From contig NC_087437.1 of the NCBI RefSeq assembly GCF_036321535.1, positions 10,976,001-11,040,000 on the forward strand: a stretch of 64,000 nt of DNA, in the 5' to 3' direction. Shown here in pieces: positions 53,938-64,000 of the stretch. Numbering within the stretch: position 1 is the first letter of the stretch; each line of letters opens with the position of its first letter. The notes under the pieces were generated by a model that saw nothing but the letters and a program-made list of their open reading frames with translations, ran no database searches and was not told the DNA's origin. Source of the DNA: Camelus dromedarius (lineage: Eukaryota). A program made the position numbers and the translations under genes.

Positions 53938-55060
53938 GTACGGGGATCCCCCTGCCGCCCGCCGCCCCCCGGCCGCGCCGCCGGGCCTCGGGGACACCCC
54001 TCGCCGTCTCCCCCGACCCGCGCCGCCCGGGCCGCCGGGCACGGGGCCGGGGGAGCGGAGAGGGGCCGGGGAGCCCCGGGGGTCCGGGCCCGCCCGCGGG
54101 GGATGGGCCCGGGACCCCGGGCCGCGTGGGGTGCGGGGGCCGCCGGCGTCGGGGGTGGAGGGGGGCACTGGGGCTCGAACTGTCAGCGCTGCCCTGGGAG
54201 CCCCCCACTGGCCGCCCAGGGGGCCGGGAGCGGGGGAGGGGAGGCGGGGGAGCCCCGTTTTCCCCCGGGGCGGGGGCCCGCGGGGATTAACCCCTCCAGG
54301 GCGGACAAGCTCATTGTTATTCCTTCGCCAAGGAGGCCGAGTCCCCGCGCACCCCCACCCCCACCGGGGGTGCCGATCGGGCGTGTGCTCGGGACCCCCG
54401 CCCCTACCGCGCAGCCCCGAGCCGGACGGCCGGGGGGCGGGCGGCGCGGAGGGGCGTCGGGGCGCGGCGGGGGCCTTGGGCCTCGTCGCCCCGGCCCCCC
54501 CCCCCCGCCGGCCTCTCCCTTCCCCCACTCGGGCACCCGCTCCCCGCCTCCGTCCCCCCGTTTCGGCTTCCTCTCTTACTCCTCTCCTTCCTCCTCTCCT
54601 CCCGACCTCGCCAAACTCTGCTCCTGGCCCCCCGCCTCCCCGCGACCCCCGGAAAGCGGACGAAAACAGCCAGAGGCCGGCCGACTGCCCGGACCTTCCC
54701 TGCTTGCCCCGGCCGGGCTCCCAGTGCCCCCGCCCGCCCGCTCCCCTCCCTGCCCCGAGGGGAGCCCCGGGGGGGGCGAGGGAGGGGCTGCTAGCTGCGC
54801 TCCCGACCGTTTTCCCACTGCGTCCCCCACTTAGGGCAAAAAATAAACAAACAAGCCGCGTCCGACTTGCGAGAGCCGAGATGGGCCTGAAGACTTTGAA
54901 AAGCGAGTGGAGGGCGGTGGGCGGCCGGGTGTACCCCGGGCCAAAGCCCTCTTGACAGCACCCGAGTTCCTTATTTACACTGGCCGCATGGTTTGTGTGT
55001 TTCTGTTTTGTTTCCCTCCCCCTGCAGGGGCAGTTTGCGGGGTGGGGTGGGGGGTTCGCT

Positions 55061-55212
55061 ATGTCGGATGACGATTCGAGGGCCAGCACCAGCTCCTCCT
55101 CATCGTCGTCCTCCAACCAGCAAACCGAGAAAGAAACAAACACCCCCAAGAAGAAGGAGAGTAAAGTCAGCATGAGCAAAAACTCCAAACTCCTCTCCAC
55201 CAGCGCCAAGAG
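55061..55212 (+). CDS. UBE2E1: UBE2E1 first coding exon (exon 2), codons 1-50 plus a split Arg codon
   Basis: ATG at 55061 translates MSDDDSRASTSSSSSSSSNQQTEKETNTPKKKESKVSMSKNSKLLSTSAK, the Ser/Lys-rich N-terminal extension I recognise as UBE2E1 (UbcH6). Acceptor ...ttccctccccctgcag| ends at 55027, so the exon starts at 55028. Donor AAGAG|gtaccg follows 55212. The 152 coding nt give phase 2. Confidence 0.97.
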
Positions 55213-58049
55213 GTACCGTAACCCCCCACCCCCAGCAGGCTTCCTATTTCCCGGACTGCCTCTTGCTGCCTTCGGTCTGCCTCCAACGAGGGCAGTTTAA
55301 AACGTTCCTCACTGTTCATGTGTTCTTAAAAAGGAAAAATAGGGCCTTGGAAGCCTTAATTATTTTTCTCTATTGCTTCTGTCTTTTTCGTTTAATCCTT
55401 GTCCACATGTAGCGTTGTGGCTTGCCTTTCCCTTCTCTTGCTGAAGTTTGTAAGAATCCTCATTACTATTATTAGTGACCCCCAAATCTGATTTCAAATT
55501 ACTTATCCTGTTAATCACTAATCTGTGACCCTCCCCAAGGCTGTCATCCCACCTAATTACTAATACCTGTCCAGACAACTCTATCACAATGAATTCTTCT
55601 CACTTCCTCCTCACCTGTTGCACATATGATCTGTTTTGAATAGAGCTTTCTCCACAAATTGCATAAGGAATAAATAACTCATATTAGAGTGAAAAATTTA
55701 ATAGGTGGAGATAGGTGTTTTCGGATGGAATTTTGAGAGATTTTTCTGACTTGGAGAGTTTAGGCTAGTTGAATGAATAAATGATGTAAAGTGGTTATTC
55801 TAGGCTAAGAGATTTTGGAGATTCTTTTTTGTTCTCTTTGAGAACTTAAATTTACCAAATTTCAGGGAAACTCCAATTTTTTCATGCTATTTCGTCTCAT
55901 GCTGTAAATGTTTTTATTCAAGTTGAATTCAAGCAGTGGCTTTTTCTTTTCTCTCTTCCTGTCATGTGTCGAGAAGAAGGTACTTTTTACCTACATCATC
56001 CTTCAGTAATATCCTCTGATCCCCATGACCCTTAAAGTGATCTATGGCAGATTCGTGGGAACCCCACAAACCCTTTCATAAATCCTGTTGTCAGACGTTC
56101 AGTCATTAAACTTTAAAGTGGCAAACCAGAAAGGTAGGAAGGATTACAAATGGTAGGTTAGAGTTATCTTAACAGCATGTAAAATAAAATGGAACATGAG
56201 GCTTTAGATCTTTCCACTGAGAAATGAGCCCAAACTCAGCTTGAACGTTCTCCCTGGCCTGAAATTTGGAAGGCTGGTTAAGTGCTTTGGGGATCTAACC
56301 ATAGGAGGTTGAAGGAATGACTAGCTTGTTTTAAACAGCGTAGAGGTGCAGAGTTAAGAGGCAAGATGCCTTGGCAAGATTGTTCTCATTTTCAGAAGGT
56401 TAGGCTGATTGCATCTCATCTTCCCAGGACTCCTAACTGACCCTCCTTGGTTAGCCCTGTGCTGGTTCTCCCAGAGCCTGGCATGTACCCTGCTCAGTTT
56501 GATGGGGCCTTCCCTAATCTCCCCTCTTCTCTTCCCAGCCTCTGGGCTCCCTGATCCCTCCTAGGGCAGCTTTTGGCCTGACCTAAGGCAGAATATTTGC
56601 TTGAGGTCATTAGTATTTGTATATTTTGCTGGATATCCCTGGTGTATGTGAATATATTTGAGGATAAAGGTATGGGTGTCAAATATAAAATAGTCTGCTT
56701 TGTGTCAGCAAATTACAGAGGGGGGTTTTTCATTAGACACAATTTGTCCATTTATGCTGAGGAGGTTAAAAACTCATTTGGAAATGCTTGGGAAAGGTGT
56801 AAAAAAAAAAAAATGAAAGGTGGGAAGCTACCCGCAGTAATTTTACTTACAGGGTTATTTAGGTCCCTGAGTATCTTGCTGAAAGAATGGCTGTTAGTGT
56901 AAAGCAAGGCTACGGTTAACAGTAAAGATGAAAAATAGGAGAGGGATAGTGGGAAAGAGTAAGGGTAAAAGTGATGTTAGTGGGACCCTATAAATGCTGT
57001 TCTGGGAAATATATTGATTTGGAAGGTAGGTGTTGCCCATAGAATTGGAAAAGGCGTATGTACCAGGAGATAGAATGAAAAAGAAGCCTGAATTGGCAGA
57101 CAGGTTACTTAACTGCATATTGGAAAGTAGTTTCTAGTACACGGGTAAAGGAGAGACGCCATTGAGGGTGGTCTAGGCAAGAATTACTGTGGAGCGTATG
57201 TATGAGTTACTCTTACAAACTTTTGACCAGTACTGTCGAAACAGTGCAGATGTTTGTTACAGAGATGAAGTGGATAAAGCTGTCTGGTATTGCACTTTCC
57301 AGGTATTAAAGAAGAGACTACTTTTTCAGTGAATATTTTATAGGAGAGGTTGGATTGGCAAGAAGTGAAGTGAAGATGTATTTTTATACCAGTTGTGCAC
57401 AGGGGAGGATATTTTTGCCCACTTACCTAGGTCCTAACAGATACAGTCATTCTCGTAGATGCAGGTTAAGAGTCAGGAAACCAGGGTTCCAGACTTTTAG
57501 CCTAACACAACAGTGAGTCAGACAGTGTCTCAGAACTGAAGGGTTTATTGATAGCAATAGAATTGAGCAGGACACAGATAAGTAGATGTCAGAGATTGTA
57601 AAAACCCCTTTCTAAAGTTGACCAGATTTGTAGGGGACAGGAAGTGTCCTCCAGTAGGAAAGTTTAAAGAACTTCGCTAATCACCACCCCAATCATAAGT
57701 AAATTTCTCTTTACTTATATATAGAAAAGTTGCATCCAGGCAGCCTGTCTTCCTATCCTCAGAAAACGTTTGGAAAGAGAAAAGCATCCATCGTGGTTGC
57801 TTTTAGAGTGTGTGTGTGTGTTAGCGTGTGTTAGTTTTTTACTACTGTGCTGCCTCGGTGAGCTTTTTAAGTTGTAACATAGCCCTTTAGGGCTTTATAT
57901 GACAGGAGCAGGAAAGGTTAGAGAAACAGAAAGACACCGTTCAGAAGGTGGAAGAGGCTTAAAGGCCTCAAACTTTGTCGTATTAATTGATGCTTCAAGC
58001 GCCTAGGTAAGCTGGAGACAAAGGCCAGGGCCTGGTGTGAACTGCCTGG

Positions 58050-58950
58050 TGGCGTCGGCCTAGGCGTGGGGGATGGGCCCTTTGTGAAGTCGCGGGCTGG
58101 TGCAGAGATAGGACACCGGGGGGGCGGTGTCCCGGGCCCTGTGCCAGTGTGGGGTGCAGAAGTGAGAGGGGGTCCGGGCGAGAGCAGGTCCGGGCAGGTG
58201 GGCCGGGAGTCCGAGCGGGCCGAGCGGGCGGCCGGTGCACCTGTGCGGGCCGCGGGCCGGGGTGTCCCGGCGCGGCGGCGGAGAGTTGGGGGCCGCGACT
58301 TAGCCCGCAACTTCGCCCGGGGCCCGTGTGTGCGCGGGGTGGGGGCGGGGCGCGGCGGCGGCGGGGGCGGCTCACCCGGGGGGTCACCCTGCGGCCTGCA
58401 CCCCCCCCAACCCCGACGGCGGCGGGTCAGTCAGCGCCCGCGGGGCCTCGCGGGGAGCGGCCATGTTGGCTTCGTCCCCGGGAACGCGGGCGGCCTTGGG
58501 GGGCGCTCTCCTGGGGATGGGGGGCTCCCGAGGGGTGGGGCTGCCTGGCGGGGCGCTCTGCCGGGGGTGGGGGGACCCGAGATGTGGGGCGGCCTGCGAG
58601 GCGGGCGCGTCCTCCCGATCCCCTGCCGCGGGTCTCTGATTCCTCCGTGCAGGGCTGGCGGGACTGTGGCCCCGCACATTCTAATACAATTTTGCAAACT
58701 AGTGAGGAGCTTCAGAATGATTTTCTAAATGGAAAACTCCGAGAAATAGCGCTGCCTTAGTGTGCGAGGCGAGGTTCGAACCAGGCCTGCTGGAGGGTGC
58801 CGAAGACCACGGCTGGAACTCCCTGCCTGGGTGGGCAGGTTCTTTCCTCCACGTGGACTGCAGCCCTCGGGTGCGGGTCCTCTTCCCCGGAGAGGCGGTC
58901 GCGGCCGGCGGGGTGGGTTTGATGGCCTTGCAGGTGGAGGCCAGCCACGC
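58050..58950. promoter_or_regulatory. Second CpG island in UBE2E1 intron 2, candidate alternative promoter
   Basis: About 900 bp of CpG-dense sequence with GGGGCGGGG boxes, set in an AT-rich intron directly upstream of exon 3. Confidence 0.85.
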
Positions 58951-58976
58951 CTAAATGTCCTTCTCTCTGTCTTCAG

Positions 58977-59027
58977 GATTCAGAAGGAACTGGCAGACAT
59001 CACTTTAGACCCTCCACCTAACTGCAG
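58977..59027 (+). CDS. UBE2E1: UBE2E1 coding exon 3 (51 nt), start of the UBC catalytic domain
   Basis: Acceptor ccttctctctgtcttcag|G and donor TGCAG|gtgagc. It joins exon 2 in frame to give ...[20 protein letters not shown](S), the first helix of the UBC fold. Downstream exons lie beyond the window. Confidence 0.97.
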
Positions 59028-59568
59028 GTGAGCTCCCTTTCCATTTTCTTCTTGTTAAATTTTTATCTATTTTTTTCTTTTATTATTATAAAGTTTTGCT
59101 TTTGTTCTTTGGTTAATGTTTGTTTGGGTGCCAGCATCAGTTAACGACTGAAATTTAGTAACCTCAGTATAATATTTTGATGAGCCGCTGACCATTTCAG
59201 TACTGTGTTGAAGAGAAGTAATGGATTTATTTGGAGTGGACGCTTTTATATATATGAAACAGAACTGTCAGATGTATTCAAAGATATTTGCTTGCCTAGT
59301 CTTGGATCTTTGACAGGTCATAAGATGCTTAGGTAGGTTTTAGTTTAGAAAATCGCTTTGCTATCTTAATCTGTTATTCAAGTGCTTTACTAAGTTAATA
59401 GAGCATAAAGTTAAATCAAACACTGGATCCTCAAACTTATTACATATAAATTTTGTGTTGGATTTTGGGCATACCAATTCAGAAAATAATTTGTGACTTT
59501 GATAAAAAGATTTTGCTTTATTTTATAGATTTAAACTTTTCCATAGGGATGCTTTTCCTTGAAACTGC

Positions 59569-59775
59569 TTTACTTGGTCTGTATACGTACGTGTCTCAGT
59601 TTGAAAACAATTTGATACCAGCCTTTGAAGGGTTTGTTGGTGACTTGATTTTATTTAGACTAGCCATTTGGCTACTCTTGAGTCAAGGTGGAAGACTTAG
59701 TTTTACTGAATCAACAGTGAAGTGAGGAAGGACTTATTATATATTACAATAGAGCCATTTGAGAGCGATTAATAG
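59569..59775 (+). repeat. 207-bp unique-looking segment, copy 1 of a dispersed duplication
   Basis: tttacttggtctgtatacgtacg...gagagcgattaatag reads identical to 61651-61857. Confidence 0.95.
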
Positions 59776-61650
59776 TTGAATTCTATTATTCCCATAGTTT
59801 AAAAGTTAAGTATAACAGTTAACCTAATTCTTAGTTCTGAGGACTGGCATTGGAATGGGATGTGAGAGTTCAGAAGTGTACTAAACAGATAGGTAGAGGT
59901 AGCTCTTCCTGGCGAGGAAGTAATTCAGATGGCTATACACAGAATTTAAAATGAGCATGTGGAAGTAAATATTCAGGTTGAAAAGCTAAGTGAAGTATTT
60001 TACTTATTAACACTGAACTTTCTAAACTGGTTAGTGGATTAAATGGAAACTTTAATATTGCCATTTCGGTAGCATGTGCTTAAATTAATATTGGTCTGGT
60101 GTAGGGTGTTCTTTGGTAAAATTTTGTCTTGTTTTGTCAGCAAAGTAAGTCATTTTGAGTTTAAAATGCTCTTAAACTATCATTCTGGAGGATTTCTCTC
60201 AGGGCGTTAAGAATCTTTTCAGACTATTGTTCTAAACAGTGGAGAAATGGATAAGACTTAGGGTGGTGATGTTTTTCTTTTTTCTTTTGGTAGAACCGCT
60301 GTTCAGGTGGAAACCTGTAGCTTCCCTTGGTTGGTTGTGTTGAATGCATGGGCGTTCCCCGTGGTGGATCCGTGCTAGGTTGTTACCACCTGTTTGGTAT
60401 CATGCCTCTTCTGTGTGTGTCTCCTGTGAGTTCAGACAGCTCTAGCGAATCAAATTACAAAGTTTTTAAAGCCTGGTTTCAGAACTAATAACATTTATCA
60501 AAGCATAAATGGCTTTCTTATGAATAACTAGTCAAATTTAAACTTGTAAACAATTTAAAGGTTTTCATGGGATTAATCACTTTTTAAAAATCAAAGAAGT
60601 ACACTTTAGTTTCGTACCATTTTAGTTGAAAGTGAGGGATTTGTGCTACTGACCGTGTAGAGCTGCTTATCCTTGGAAAACCCTCCTAATTACCCCTTCG
60701 AGGTGAAACCTTTGAGTCTGACTTGAGGGTCAGGGGAAGCACCAAACCTGGTGGATACTAACTGGTGTTTGGTGGTTGGTGGCGAACCGTCAGCATACTG
60801 AAACATTTTGAAAAAAATCTCTTCCATTTCAGAGAAAACACTAGGCATTCTTATTCTGCAGGAGAAATGTGTGTTACGTTGACTTTTAAAAATAAAAACT
60901 GCCTCATTTTCTGAAAACATTTTTCAGTAGGGCTGATTAGGTAATAAAAACTACATTTCCTACTTCTGGTTGGCTTACTAGTGGTATTGACAGAATGTTT
61001 TACAGTAACCCCGATATTCAGCTGACTTAAGTGAATTTGGTTTCATGGTTTGTGTTGGTACCTTATGTGATTGGCTTATTTAATATTTTAATGTACATTA
61101 TTATTTGAGATGGAAATGGATAATTAGTTTGGGGAAACTTTTTGACATGAGCTTCCAATTAAAATGTTTGAATTAAATGATGTATTGAATGTATGCATGT
61201 TTATTTTTTATAATTTTTAAAAATGTTACTCAGCACGGGAGCTTGATAGCTTGGTTCTTATCAAGTTGTAATTTCATCATCCATGAATTATATTTTGAAT
61301 GCGTTAAATAATTGGCTTTCAATTAATATATCTTAGATATTAATCTTTTGTAGGACTGCCTTCAGTCAGTATTCAGTGTATGGTTTTAAATTTAAATACA
61401 TTAGTACATAGCAGTTGGCATGTAGCAGCTTGTCAATAAACCATTGATTATTGCAAATCAGTGGAAGAATTGCTTCTCTTGAAGGTGCACTGCTTGTGTT
61501 CAGTAATTTTAGCACTTTACTTGGCAAAAGTATTTGAGAAGTTATTGAACTTCAAAACTTGTGTGAAATGCAATTGCTAATAAAGTTATAATGTATAAAC
61601 ACATCAAGTTAAATCCTTAATATTCTGTATTATGTTTAGTAGATTTTTTT

Positions 61651-61857
61651 TTTACTTGGTCTGTATACGTACGTGTCTCAGTTTGAAAACAATTTGATAC
61701 CAGCCTTTGAAGGGTTTGTTGGTGACTTGATTTTATTTAGACTAGCCATTTGGCTACTCTTGAGTCAAGGTGGAAGACTTAGTTTTACTGAATCAACAGT
61801 GAAGTGAGGAAGGACTTATTATATATTACAATAGAGCCATTTGAGAGCGATTAATAG
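61651..61857 (+). repeat. 207-bp segment, copy 2 (direct orientation, offset 2082 bp)
   Basis: Base-by-base match to 59569-59775. Preceded by a T10 run at 61644-61653. Confidence 0.95.
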
Positions 61858-62939
61858 CAGAGTATTTTGAGTGAATTTTAAAAATTGCTTTATATTGCCA
61901 TTTAAATCAAATTCCTTGGTATCTCTGAATTGTTTGGTTATATGTATGTATACAGATGAAATAATTTCCCAACTCACGTACCAGGCCTTTGGTTAGGCTT
62001 TTTTCCTTGTGTTTCGGCTCTTACTCGTTTAGGAAAAAATGCTGTCTTAACTACTGTAATGATTTCCTAAAGCACTGAATTGTAAAATTATGCCTTTTAG
62101 ATAGCTGGTGACCGCTGGGCCACTGGAGTCAGTTTCGTGGTGATTATTTATAGCCCGGGCTTCAAGCTCTGCTAAATTGACGAGTTATAGCTGTGTAACT
62201 AACCTGTAGCCATAAATGTCTGTAGGCAGAATGTCTGCACATAATAAATGACAAATTTTGTCCAAGTCCTTTAAACTCCAGATTTCGCTTAATAGATATA
62301 CTGGAATTATGAGTAAATACTCATTTAGTGCCTTGAAAGCTAAAAATTAAGGTTGAGGGGAGGGTGCTATTTTAGGACGAAATGTCTTTGAGTTGTCACT
62401 AAACTAAATGGTAGAGGATAATAAAAGTAAAATTTTCTTTTATATGATTTGATTAGATTTTGACCATTATTTTCCTGTTTCCTAAATATGTAAACCCAAC
62501 TAAGTCACTGCTTTGTTGTTTTTCTGGGAGAACTATTAAGTAATCAGATACAGTTGGTTTTAAAGTTTTACAGCTAAATCTCACTTTTTTGAAGATGATT
62601 TAAAGGCCACAGTGAAGAGCCTTAAAAATAAATGTAACACATTTGTCTTAAGAAGTTTGCTCAACCTTCTTTTCCTGATTACTAATAGGGCGGAATGCCC
62701 CACTTGCTTACCTCAGTGTTGTAAAGTTGAAATGAGTTTGGAGTTTTCTGTGTGTGCTAACTGGTAATGTTAGAGCTGCGCATTTAGCTCATTTTAATAG
62801 CTCATCTTTTTTTTTTTAATAACATTGCTTTTTATTGCTTGTGTTTTAAATATAACTTTAGGCCATTACACAATTATAAGAATGTATGTTTTTGAAAAGT
62901 TGAAATGCAGAAGTCATGGAGTAAAGAGTGAGAGGTCTG

Positions 62940-63075
62940 AGGGGGAGGATATATAGCTCAAGTGGTAGTGCACATGCTTAGCATGCACGAGGTCTCCTGG
63001 GTTCAGTCCCCAGTCCCTCCTCTGAAAATAAATAAATACATAAATAAATAAACCTAATTACCTCCCGCCTCCAAA
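62940..63075 (+). mobile_element. tRNA-derived SINE in UBE2E1 intron 3
   Basis: gggggaggatatatagctcaagtggtagtg...gggttcagtccccag...taaataaacctaattacctccc. TSD aaagagtgagag(g/a)tc (62923-62937 / 63076-63090). Confidence 0.92.
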
Positions 63076-63789
63076 AAAGAGTGAGAGATCCCTCTCATGA
63101 CCTCTTCTGATCCTGCCCCTTGCACAGAGATGCTCCAAGTTAGCACAGATTGTTTCTGTGAATTTGCATTGTTACATCTTGTGGTTTTATGAAACTTCCT
63201 GGCATTGGTGGTAGTAATAATGAGATGTCAGTTTAGAAATTAATGGCTGCTAACCTTGGACTGAAAAGAGATCCTTTCCTTACAACAGTTAAGGCTTGTA
63301 TATCCCGTCCACGTTTACCATGTTTTAAATTCTTGTTTCGGTATAAAAAAAATGGGTTCAGCAGAAGTCATCCTTTCCAAAATCCTCTATCATCTTACCT
63401 GCTGAGAAATATCCTTCCTTTTATATGCCTCTTGTTCATCTGATGTTACTAAATGCATTAAGGATATAAATTGTGACTTCAACATCTGAATGATGTTTAG
63501 TCTCAACATAATTTTCGTTTGGAAAGTACTACTCCAGTGTGCTTCCCTTTATGTGCAAAGGTCCTGTGGAAAAGTAGTGAGCACTGGGAGACCAGAGTGT
63601 CAACACAAAGTAGCCCAAACCAGGGTCAAGTGCCTGGAAATTAGATCAGCACTTGGGGCCCGAATGGGTGGGAGGGAAGGAAATCTATCCAGAAGGGAAT
63701 TGTGTCCTAAATGAGTAGGAAGTCTTGTGCTCTTATGCTTACCAAAGGACTACGTATGTGGACAGCCTAACTGTGCTGCTGTCGTTTCT

Positions 63790-64000
63790 CATAAAGTTAA
63801 AAAGAATGACCCAGCACTTCTGCCCCTAGTCCCAGAAGGGTTGAAAACAGGGAGTCAAACAAATATTGAGGCAGTGTTCATAGCTGCTCATAATAGCTCA
63901 AAAGTGGAAACAAGCAAGTGTCCATCAACGGATGAGTGGATAAACATACCGTGGTGTATACATACCATGGAAAAGGAATGAAGTTCTTCTACTTGCTACA
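63790..64000 (+). mobile_element. Old L1 fragment running off the window end
   Basis: aaaagtggaaacaagcaagtgtccatcaacggatgagtggataaac...gtggtgtatacataccatggaa. Confidence 0.8.

Larger units (their letters stand above)
53470..55260. promoter_or_regulatory. CpG island / TATA-less promoter of UBE2E1
   Basis: Abrupt switch to very high GC and CpG density across exon 1, intron 1 and exon 2. Contains GC boxes, an ETS-like CACTTCCG (53832-53839) and a YY1-like AAGCCAT (53799-53805). Confidence 0.93.

Noticed and set aside
53476..55209. 577-aa minus-strand ORF, plus 454-aa and 402-aa plus-strand ORFs over the promoter
   Set aside because: They have non-ATG starts, G/P/R/A-rich composition and no recognisable domain. 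Stop codons are scarce in CpG islands, and the ORFs cross real UBE2E1 splice sites.
54995..55300. 101-aa ORF containing the UBE2E1 N-terminus
   Set aside because: It includes intronic and UTR sequence on both sides. The true coding part is 55061-55212.
58762..59031. 89-aa ORF ending in [17 protein letters not shown]
   Set aside because: GTG-initiated read-through of GC-rich intron into exon 3. Only 58977-59027 is supported as coding.
1..64000. CRISPR arrays, operons, prophage or other prokaryotic systems
   Set aside because: The window is mammalian intergenic and intronic DNA with no regularly spaced repeat-spacer array and no dense coding.

Overview
Mammalian genomic DNA, not microbial. 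The repeat content points to a camelid (alpaca/llama/camel): about ten copies of one tRNA-derived SINE family plus lineage-type L1 3' ends. Bases 1-53,400 are gene-free intergenic sequence with many SINEs, L1, L2/MIR, ERV/MaLR LTRs and hAT/Tigger fossils, several of them nested with readable target-site duplications (TSDs). Bases 53,470-64,000 hold the 5' end of UBE2E1 (class III ubiquitin-conjugating E2) on the + strand: a CpG-island promoter, non-coding exon 1, coding exon 2 (MSDDDSRAS...STSAK), a second CpG island in intron 2, a 51-nt coding exon 3 ([17 protein letters not shown]) and the start of intron 3. The other ORFs in the track look like GC-rich, low-complexity or repeat-derived noise. 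I found no convincing new protein-coding system. The most unusual observations are a perfect 207-bp non-tandem duplication in intron 3, a probable alternative first exon with no in-frame ATG, a G-quadruplex motif beside the start codon, and a five-element retroelement nest that carries a TSD-flanked L1/orphan-sequence chimera. Repeat subfamily names are recalled from consensus sequences, not searched.
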